This document shows, piece by piece, positions 42,001 to 48,165 of a DNA stretch of 64,000 nucleotides. Source of the DNA: an uncultured archaeon (GTDB taxonomy: Archaea; Asgardarchaeota; Thorarchaeia; Thorarchaeales; Thorarchaeaceae). The stretch is from assembly GCA_964610875.1 (NCBI GenBank), contig CAZSWP010000006.1:36660-100659 (forward strand). The letters are read 5' to 3'. The notes below the pieces were generated by a model that had not been told where the DNA came from, made no database searches, and saw nothing but the letters and a program-made list of their open reading frames with translations. A program made the translations under genes and the position numbers. Each line of letters opens with the position of its first letter. The first letter of the stretch is position 1.

Positions 42001-42274
42001 GTGGAACGACTATAATCAGAGATGGAGTGGTAGCATACCACCTCATGCTGATGGCACGGAAGTCTTCTTCCAAGTTGTTGTACACACAGAACAAGGTGAT
42101 TATGCATCTGCAGTTCATTCCTACATTGTAGGACAAGGTATGGTGACAGTGACAACCACAACTGGGCCTACAGGTCCGATTGGTGATGTTCCAGTCGAAC
42201 TACTAGTACTAATAGCTGGTGGTGTTCTCGTCTTGGTCATCGTCCTAGTTCTGGTTGTGCGAAGACGTAGGTAG
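36047..42274 (+). CDS. Giant Trp/Tyr-rich surface protein B, paralog of A
   Basis: Collinear motifs with A (WLFGPS, RLQGG, WGMWG..WTTNP.NGA.DLD, PGYWD.AWMA, FDERPT, DPVFVSY); signal peptide; TM helix plus RRRR; probable start 36062 or 36074. Confidence 0.88.
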   Translation: MVRSEMKNYMQIRERKRAFISLVAVALFFFSTIYVSNTALLPTTSDDSLRNVAVSNDTPEWVDTAYSAQDQQVGNDVYWNQDANSTSDEWEWEHRNWLFGPSPEYYIYHENGSLLTDDSYAEINEDLTFYAVIPKSVFGNKDTDLARLNFNGWYISQNWSEYNANFDFSVDMQFRNFEIDPAVPTSSDTVTVSVDVSGSNIQYVWINYWTENGGSFNEEMSFVSGSTWEYTIPAYPDGEEVFVRFDMQTTEDWWYSSGETSYIVGSGATGDILRWDVWSSEYNASLQDPWGYEPYIDFNYDKSNVTEDSEMYYVAFNVAFNDGAPIGLFELNYNFVDSTGNWYDSWSFGNSYEMQFIAVGIPPDDAWSYSRGGKYTLEKIDLEGDTLYSASRNTDFTMRFNVSGADPEYIQLGFRVPNWLETWVNVTGWHQELVTEQGGWVYDNTLDTYVWNASIEVSYMKEVYGPYQERRSTEIGTHMEETFYHLEWNETHGYHVKEYTWWIEKQFFFVYNHTTESFDTFYGYQYWGYRYPTYQQELQEYNEEIWVYEPIPAEVPIFYELNTSECSAVKTDKWLTVSFVGHFTDKMPKTTEYYSFWFDDVVMGPDNWHYWPDTWGDGALQTYSEYEIARKIAVETPVTIAKILLEDGTSPGGWMMAVEKNENFMVRGRLQGGSDVSTDLDGSRFTLTAWDSYWSEEETRWSRLNYEINVDRNGIPHLKAYNYTQKNNYTYGTYWDWAEVEVEGWHYVYDSATNTWDWEYGNFTEWQWVELEGWHWQWWYYNQKTGEWQTQWIQEKSEFTKVPATFAQVTAYNEWHDGGDFFVSFLVNMSSTVPDTNYWWDFAFMNNTWYEDYSSEWGLHEIESWNREWTYSFLSSGERVYVDMFEHNQLAYYNDTLCLNEGVDFLLGREAPYIELKGEKLPVKVIENYDPWSGQTYDNIFFYDHYDHLTQKDVYRYDLTNGSSVEVQYDNVMHIYNVTLGTGESFLSGQKWSRSYYYNSQYYYYWMDIDGNIYQGTSWDNYADYSPLVSVEIHERITLDSEPWHLEEWFVRYGATNVLWLAEHWRWDSRTGTYFMTDVDGALYELDYNSNDGYYYTTIGGTYQRVSWPQHYFAVDYEGSTAIIFTWDIHRYFYTEIDEVKYEMPYPGANANYHWDMENTESKGGKVPSSKSVWYNGAYRAIYNDTVDPYIYWLDYGGVSYELYESPEIHSMANGTHIWNPDTVGWTIQSGTYDEYFTFTFKEMLNYTVGNSWGDPDYDDVHDEYYVTLTNGTVMIVEDNRQTRVFEYNLDGDIFNSTNEYPRWFDNGNESFNYFVDIDGNWHNLTNWYRPPTENAYLVEVIYNGSFSYFELDGTNYSYTHDSWLLFTWLFTNNDTSDTINSIQDPWGRKKPILQFDYRGTMVNATPSLENIYKLRMRWGHEMVYGLTPIESTLYKNFNDLVIGNPEWGMWGVKKWTTNPDNGALDLDGDLDTTEDQYYVMESYESKDSWTHEWDFMDVSLMWNPNATAWGDEMNVHSWMGVNTFTWTYEWNQTFFWYYADDMTPLTPTEMADIQDIVLNEEEDPRPGYWDIAWMAKNVTWQDLLQEAEENGWDWISDEGQTWTWLSFGIGQNYGTDYWDEVNQQYSYLGVGMHYEFSGLMIWEDFNENGLMDVDLTDPGSGELSHYLIPDNVESVSFVTPGEAYGNYNQSDSIFLNITDEVTWGVTFSNVNGTVFPFTLNGYWGWYDEVASGSDMRTFDERPTKVTINEISFLVHFQGYLNETEGGNNYATIKVDNYIGDWSVHMLGGRANLENRSLALNYFADVTLQGHTFSVKANGTEANAESSVSSSNFNLASAQTNAQFAEMIMGGVAYDWGKNMSSRYDVLSYTTPVGTFRTAFESESGKSASAWSFSSTMFYVTIGFPYWDGYSVYQDPVFVSYTSSQGMQAGPGGLSFGTFSIDPAIPTASDSVTVSVDIYSNDPLNQEDLELLYWVGGDSPTSTEMWNDYNQRWSGSIPPHADGTEVFFQVVVHTEQGDYASAVHSYIVGQGMVTVTTTTGPTGPIGDVPVELLVLIAGGVLVLVIVLVLVVRRRR

Positions 42275-42282
42275 CATAATGA

Positions 42283-42317
42283 AGAGGGGTAAAGCCCCTC
42301 TCCTCTCCCTTTTTTTC
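42283..42317 (+). terminator. Hairpin plus U-tract
   Basis: AGAGGGG-taaag-CCCCTCT then cctctcccttttttt. Confidence 0.65.
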
Positions 42318-42380
42318 TAAATTCTCTTCTTCAACAAATATACCTAGAAATAACTTCTGATGAAAATTCTTTCAGAATAT

Positions 42381-42785
42381 TCATTCTTTTCTGAATTCGG
42401 GAAGCAGTTTTTCATGAAAGAACTTGAGTCCTGAAAGATGTGCTTCATAGGTACAGTTGAATGCATCATATGATATACCATTGACAGGAACCGCATTACG
42501 AAGAATCACACAATTCTTTTTATCTATTCCAAAGGAAATCTCTACGAGCTTGGCGTTTGTCTTTAAAAGTAGTAAGTAGGCTTTGTTTTGTTCTCTTTCT
42601 GATAGTTCGGACAAATCAAACAAGCGAGTTGTGAGTGATATCCAATTTGCCCCAGGAAATACTTCGATTTGCTTGGTTTCCACAGGTCCATATGGAAGCA
42701 GGTTGAATGTCTTCCTATCAATCTCTTCGAAATTGATCTCCAACCGTTTGAGGTATTCTTTGGCAATGTACCATGTAGTAGCCAT
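42381..42785 (-). CDS. YbjN / type III secretion chaperone-fold protein (putative)
   Basis: 134 aa; WISL...LLLKTN....ISFGID....VIL pattern; GGAGG RBS. Confidence 0.55.
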   Translation of the reverse strand: MATTWYIAKEYLKRLEINFEEIDRKTFNLLPYGPVETKQIEVFPGANWISLTTRLFDLSELSEREQNKAYLLLLKTNAKLVEISFGIDKKNCVILRNAVPVNGISYDAFNCTYEAHLSGLKFFHEKLLPEFRKE

Positions 42786-42913
42786 TCATCTGGAGCCTCC
42801 AAGCTGCTTAATATACTACAATATATAAATGACAAATTCTGGTAAAAGTCTTCGCTTTTTTAACTCGCAGAAAAAAGGCGACACTATCAGTAATAGAAAG
42901 ATGATGATGCAAT

Positions 42914-43189
42914 CTATCTCCAATCTATTGTGTACTTATCTAGAACATCTTGCAACCATAGAAATCCGAATAGATAGTCTGCAGGAGCGTATTTTGTTGG
43001 AATCCTCACCTTTTCATTTGGTCGATTGATGAGATTTCGGACTTCTTCTTCTGGAATTCCCACAATCACTTTAGTTTCCTCATCGATAGTGAAAGCAATT
43101 TCCAAACTGGTCTGATTGGCAAAAGACTTTCGTCTTATCTCCCTCTTCTTTGATATCATTTTCATTCTAGTTGTATATCCCCTTTTCAA
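42914..43189 (-). CDS. Hypothetical protein
   Basis: ORF with GGGG RBS-like sequence before an internal ATG; no family recognised. Confidence 0.45.
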   Translation of the reverse strand: MKRGYTTRMKMISKKREIRRKSFANQTSLEIAFTIDEETKVIVGIPEEEVRNLINRPNEKVRIPTKYAPADYLFGFLWLQDVLDKYTIDWR

Positions 43190-43514
43190 ACTAGCGACTG
43201 TTCAATCAATATCAAAATAGGTAACACCAATTCCAATTATTTATTCTCAGGATTCATACTGTCCCAGAAACTCTTCGGAGGATGTCGAAGGTCCCAGCCT
43301 ACTCGCGTATCATGCAACACACGCTCCGACAGCCTTTCTAATCATGATGGACACATCACTAGAATATCAATCATTAGAGTTATGATAGAGTAGATTCTTT
43401 GAAGCGGCCTATCTTAGTACAAGATTTTCTTCAATGAATTCCGAAATTTAATGATTTGGAAAATCTTCTTTCGTTATTCATCGCTTTCCTAAACCGAGTA
43501 ATTTCTTATGACTT

Positions 43515-43832
43515 TCAGGAAGCGCTTTCAATCGCAATGATTACGTACTCGATAAATAACACAACAATCTGAATTATGAACAGTATTAGACTGATGGAAA
43601 CGATTTTCTCATATCTTTCTGAGTTTCCACAAATCGAATATAATCCAAATACAACGACCAATATCACTAGTATTGAAACTATGAGTGTGATACCAACTAA
43701 TGGACCATAATCCCCTGCACTGATGAGTAGTGGAGCTTGCGATGTGAATACCCAATATTCCATTACCAATATTGTTAGGAGTACAAATAGATGTGGTATG
43801 AATTTTGGCTGTGAATGTGGTTCTTGCACCAT
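43515..43832 (-). CDS. Small 3-TM membrane protein
   Basis: Three hydrophobic segments. Confidence 0.6.
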   Translation of the reverse strand: MVQEPHSQPKFIPHLFVLLTILVMEYWVFTSQAPLLISAGDYGPLVGITLIVSILVILVVVFGLYSICGNSERYEKIVSISLILFIIQIVVLFIEYVIIAIESAS

Positions 43833-43905
43833 GGTAAAATACCTTCGTGGTCAGTTCATTTACGAATGAGATAATAATCTTCTGATTTCTTGCTGCATCA
43901 AAGAT

Positions 43906-44169
43906 TCAGCGGAAGTATGTTATACCTATTATGATTAGAATTGCAAGAACACTCAGCAATGTGCATGCATATATACATCCTTTCTTTTCACTTCCACTTC
44001 CCTCTTGATCTCGTTGATCATATGCCTCCTTTATATCTGCAACCTCACTACCAAGCATACAAATTGCAATGATAATGACGATAACCGCTACTATTATTCC
44101 GAACATCCATCCCAGAAATTCTGGCAGTTTCCCAATCTGCATAATACAACTTGAAGAATTAACACTCAT
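43906..44169 (-). CDS. Small 2-TM membrane protein
   Basis: Two hydrophobic segments around a charged loop. Confidence 0.55.
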   Translation of the reverse strand: MSVNSSSCIMQIGKLPEFLGWMFGIIVAVIVIIIAICMLGSEVADIKEAYDQRDQEGSGSEKKGCIYACTLLSVLAILIIIGITYFR

Positions 44170-44300
44170 TTGCTAAAAGGATCTCTCGAAAAAGAGATTC
44201 TGGATAAGATGAATCTTATTTTGCAGCGTATGAAGCAATACCTGATTGATGAACACATATCACTATATTGTTAACTCATACATAGAAAGTTAACAATGTT

Positions 44301-45455
44301 GTGAATGCTTTGAACAGATTTTCAAGATATGAAGTTGGTCCAATCCGACCACCCAGTGAATCGAGAAGTCTTCTGATTAGAATCACTCGAAACTGCCAAT
44401 GGAATCGTTGCAGTTTCTGTCCAGTCTACAAGAATAGAGAATTCTCTGTGAGGTCGGTTGAAGCGGTGATATCTGAAATAGATCTCTTGAGTACACACAT
44501 ATCGAGATTTCGTGAAACTTTTAGTACACCTACTGCGATTACGACAGAAACGATTGCTCCTTTACGAAGAGAAGTAAATCCTATAGAAGTATCTGCATTC
44601 AACTATGCTTTGAAATGGTATATGGATGGAATGAAATCTGTATTCTTACAAGATGCAGATTCACTAGTCATTGGTTCTGACAATCTAATCAAGATACTTA
44701 TATACCTCCATGAAAAATTCCCTTGGATTGAACGTGTCACCACATATTCTCGATCTAGTACTATACAGAAGGTTGGTGAAGAAGGATTCATCAGCTTGAA
44801 AGATGCGGGTTTGACCCGAATCCATGTAGGATTAGAATCGGGTTCAAACGAAGTTCTCAAGCTAGTCAAGAAAGGTGCAACACAAGATATACACATTCGT
44901 GCTGGCGTAATGGTGAAGCAGGCGGGATTTGAATTGTCTGAATATGTCATGCCTGGTCTTGGGGGAAAACGATATACTAACGTACATGCAGTGGAAACAG
45001 CTAAAGCATTGAATCAAATAAATCCTGATTTCATTAGACTCAGACCTCTTGCTATCACATCACGAGCTCCTTTGTATCTTGAATTTGAGCGAGGGAAATT
45101 CAAAAAGTTGAATGATATTGAAATGACACAAGAGCTTAGACTTCTTATTGATGGGCTTTATGGAATAGAAAGTATGGTCCTCAGTGATCATATTCTGAAT
45201 CTCTTTGCAGATCTTGAAGGAAAACTGCCACATGAAAAAGAGAAGATGCTTTTCATACTCGACTCATTTCTAAAGATAGATTCAGAACACCAGCTAATAT
45301 TCAGACTCGGTCGACGTTTGGGATTATTCAGTAGTCTTGATGATCTTAGGAACAGGCGAAAGATCAATAGAGTCCACCAAATAGTACTCGACCAAGGGAT
45401 TTCTGAGATGAATATAGACTCAATTATTGATGAACTGATGCAGCGATTCATTTGA
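44301..45455 (+). CDS. Radical SAM protein (YExGPIRPPSE subfamily)
   Basis: CQWNRCSFC (CxxxCxxC), VFLQDADSL, IHVGLESG, YVMPGLGG, SDHILN. Confidence 0.9.
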   Translation: MNALNRFSRYEVGPIRPPSESRSLLIRITRNCQWNRCSFCPVYKNREFSVRSVEAVISEIDLLSTHISRFRETFSTPTAITTETIAPLRREVNPIEVSAFNYALKWYMDGMKSVFLQDADSLVIGSDNLIKILIYLHEKFPWIERVTTYSRSSTIQKVGEEGFISLKDAGLTRIHVGLESGSNEVLKLVKKGATQDIHIRAGVMVKQAGFELSEYVMPGLGGKRYTNVHAVETAKALNQINPDFIRLRPLAITSRAPLYLEFERGKFKKLNDIEMTQELRLLIDGLYGIESMVLSDHILNLFADLEGKLPHEKEKMLFILDSFLKIDSEHQLIFRLGRRLGLFSSLDDLRNRRKINRVHQIVLDQGISEMNIDSIIDELMQRFI

Positions 45456-45643
45456 TGTCTTTGAGCGTGAATATCGCAAACTTCCTTCCTTTATACTGAG
45501 GTAACAGTTAGTATGGTTGGTTCCTGGCTGTTTGTTTTAGTTGCTATTGATATTAAATAAAGAAGTATGTATCCAACCCAAGAATGAGCAGAATATACAT
45601 AATGATATAATATTTAAGCATATTAGTAATTATTCAAACCTGC

Positions 45644-46249
45644 TTGGGTGTGTGCCATCAAGTGAGTGAACCATCTTTTATCTACAAAGTCTGTGTCATA
45701 GGCAATGGCGGAGTAGGAAAGACCAGTGCTGTGAAACGTTATTCTGATGGCACTTTTAATGAACAATATCAAGTCACAGTTGGTGTGCAGCACTCTTCAC
45801 AAACTATTAGAATTGATAGTGATACTGGACCTACTGATGTGAAAGTAATCGTTTGGGACCTTGGTGGCCAAGACAAGTTCAAGTTTGTGCGTCCAATGTT
45901 CTACCGTGCTGCTCGTGGACTCGTTTTGATGTTTGATATCACAAATCGCGAATCATTTGAAGCCCTTCCAAAATGGATTAATGAAGCTGAAACAAACATA
46001 GGTACATCTGTCCCCATGATCATTGCGGCTAACAAGACCGACTTGTCAAATCATGAGGTGAAAATTCACGAGATTGAAGATTATGCGAACTCAATCGATG
46101 CTGAATTCGTCATGACTTCTGTAAAAACGGGTGACAATGTACAGAACCTTTTCAAGATGCTAGGAGAAACTGTCTATGCAGACAGGATACTCGGAGTTTC
46201 AAGTTCCTCAGCAAATGTATCTACTCCTGTCTGGCGAGTTTCTGGATAA
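45644..46249 (+). CDS. Rab/Ras-like small GTPase
   Basis: G1 GNGGVGKT, G2 YQVTVG, G3 WDLGGQ, G4 NKTD, G5 TSVK; probable start GTG 45662. Confidence 0.93.
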   Translation: MGVCHQVSEPSFIYKVCVIGNGGVGKTSAVKRYSDGTFNEQYQVTVGVQHSSQTIRIDSDTGPTDVKVIVWDLGGQDKFKFVRPMFYRAARGLVLMFDITNRESFEALPKWINEAETNIGTSVPMIIAANKTDLSNHEVKIHEIEDYANSIDAEFVMTSVKTGDNVQNLFKMLGETVYADRILGVSSSSANVSTPVWRVSG

Positions 46250-46419
46250 AGCATCATAATCTTGCAGTAGATATCTCAAGTCCTCAAAGACTATCATCTA
46301 CTTCTCTGTTGAGAAAATATCAGATTCTCTAGATTGGAAACATGTCTTGTATTTGGAAAAATTGTCTTTCCTGAATCAATGTCATTCCTTACTCTGTCTC
46401 TTGTTTCTGGAATTGACTT

Positions 46420-46719
46420 TCAGACGTTGAAATCCATATCCTTTATTCCAGTTTCATTCGCGTATGCTTCAGCTTCTTCTCGATTAGCAAATGTCTGTAG
46501 TACATCGAATTCAAAGAATGATGTTTCACCATCGATTTCGTATTTCATAACAGGTCTGGCCATTAGTCCTGATTCGAGGTATAGTCTGATATGACAGATT
46601 TTGACCTGCTCTTGTGCTTCTCTACACTTTGCACATCTAGTTGGTCCTCTTGCACAATGAGGCGGTGAAATGACACGTATGATATCAATTGACGGGCTTT
46701 CATTATTGGATGCTGACAT
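46420..46719 (-). CDS. Small Cys/His metal-binding hypothetical protein
   Basis: PPHCARGPTRCAKC motif, 99 aa. Confidence 0.6.
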   Translation of the reverse strand: MSASNNESPSIDIIRVISPPHCARGPTRCAKCREAQEQVKICHIRLYLESGLMARPVMKYEIDGETSFFEFDVLQTFANREEAEAYANETGIKDMDFNV

Positions 46720-46782
46720 AGTACTATTGTTGCATCTGATATCTATTCAATCTATTTCTCTTATCTTGTCGTTTAATTAGAA

Positions 46783-47280
46783 TCAGGAGTTGTTCAGTTG
46801 AGTTTCAAGCCAATTCAATAGATCATCACTAGCCGGCATTTTATTTTTCCATTCAGGGTCTCTATAGAATCCCTCATGACGAAAAGTCACCATGGCATCC
46901 ATTCTTTGCGGTTTATTTTCTGTGACATCTTCATCGAAGAGATGTGATGGATAATTGTAATCGATTGGTAGTTCTTTCATTTGTTCCTGATGGAACTTTT
47001 TCATGATTACAGCAGAAAGAAATGCTTGATGAATGAAGATTGCATATGCGTCACTATGCTTGTAGAATTCCTTCAAGTCGGCATCATTGAATTTTGATAG
47101 GGATAGATCTCTCCAACATGAAAGGAGTTGAGTATCCGGTCTGGTAGCAAGGACACCTGCATTGAAGTAAGGACGAATCACTTCATTATCCACATGTGTT
47201 CTCAGCTCAAAGATTCGATCTTCGGTTACTCCAGCTAGCGCATAGACAACTGACCAAAACGGATCAACAGGGTCTCCAAG
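46783..47280 (-). pseudogene. 5'-truncated glycosyltransferase family 8-like gene
   Basis: Frame stays open upstream of the listed ORF (LGDPVDPFWSVVY...THVDNEVIRPYFNAGVL..HQA..YNYP) until the GAA-repeat junction; no N-terminal half. Confidence 0.65.
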
Positions 47281-47320
47281 AAGAAGAAGAAGGAGAAGAA
47301 GAAGCCCTCCAAGAAGAAGA
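47274..47320. repeat. 14-bp direct repeat around a (GAA)n tract at a gene junction
   Basis: CTCCAAGAAGAAGA at 47274 and 47307. Confidence 0.85.
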
Positions 47321-47896
47321 CCTCAGAAGCTTGCACGGGAAGTGGCATCCTTGGACCTTCTATCAGGAGGGAGGTTCACATTGGGTGTAATATTTGGTTC
47401 TCCAGAGGATTTTGCCTTGTTTGGAGAAGAAACAGATACTAAGACACGAGCGGAGAAGCTGGATGAAAGTCTTGAGATTCTCCGAGGATTATGGAGTGGA
47501 GAAGAATTCACATTCAAAGGAAAACACTACAGTATCGATAATGTAACTTTCAGACCCAGACCAAAGCAGAAGAAAATTCCGATTTGGTGTGCAGGAACCT
47601 GGCCTTTGAAAGATCCATTTAGAAGAGCATCTAGATATGAGGGAGTGTTCACTCTAAGAATGAATCATGACTTGACACTAGAAGATCTTGTTGAAATTAG
47701 AAAATACATTGACCTTCATAGAACCAAGAAATCCGAATACGATGTTGTTGCTCCTATTAGAACCAAAGATCCTAACGACACGGAATGGGTTCCTGTGCTA
47801 TCCGAAGTCGGAGTCACATGGCTTGCAGAAGTAGTTATTGAACAAGATATGAATACAATCCCAGAACGTGTCAAAAAGGGACCAGTGACTCCATAG
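47306..47896 (+). pseudogene. 5'-truncated LLM-class (luciferase-like) flavin oxidoreductase
   Basis: PRRRPQKLAREVASLDLLSGGRFTLGV, GLWSGE.F.FKGKHY, IPIWCAG; N-terminal part absent. Confidence 0.75.
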
Positions 47897-48021
47897 TAGA
47901 AATTACATCGAGATTGCATAAGGCAATACTAGTCATGATTCGAAGACCAGAGAATTGTTTGCATTAGCTTTATAATAGTTCAAGATACAAGTTAGTTAGA
48001 AACACCAAAAGGGGTTCTAGA

Positions 48022-48138
48022 TTGAGTAAAGGCAAACCAAAACGAGATGGATCAGGGAAGGGCAAAAGGGCAAATCGTGGTCGTGGTGGTTGTAAGAGTC
48101 CTAAAGATAAAGGGTTGAGTGAAAAAAGAAAGAAGTAG
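48022..48138 (+). CDS. 38-aa Gly/Lys/Arg-rich small protein (not in ORF track)
   Basis: MSKGKPKRDGSGKGKRANRGRGGCKSPKDKGLSEKRKK; TTTATAA box near 47970, AGGGGT RBS, TTG start, hairpin right after the stop. Confidence 0.65.
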   Translation: MSKGKPKRDGSGKGKRANRGRGGCKSPKDKGLSEKRKK

Positions 48139-48158
48139 AGACTGCTGAGAGCAGTCTC
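48138..48158. terminator. Hairpin between convergent genes, with a U-tract on the minus strand
   Basis: GAGACTGC-tgaga-GCAGTCTC. Confidence 0.65.
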
Positions 48159-48165
48159 ATATTGA

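Noticed and set aside
43258-43272. ACTGTCCCAGAAAC resembling part of a cobalamin riboswitch or RNase P RNA
   Set aside because: The other conserved elements (GGGAA and B12 box; GAGGAAAGTCC) are absent.
47196-47390. 64-aa Glu-rich ORF
   Set aside because: It is a shadow frame across the GT8/LLM junction; the poly-Glu comes from the GAA tract.
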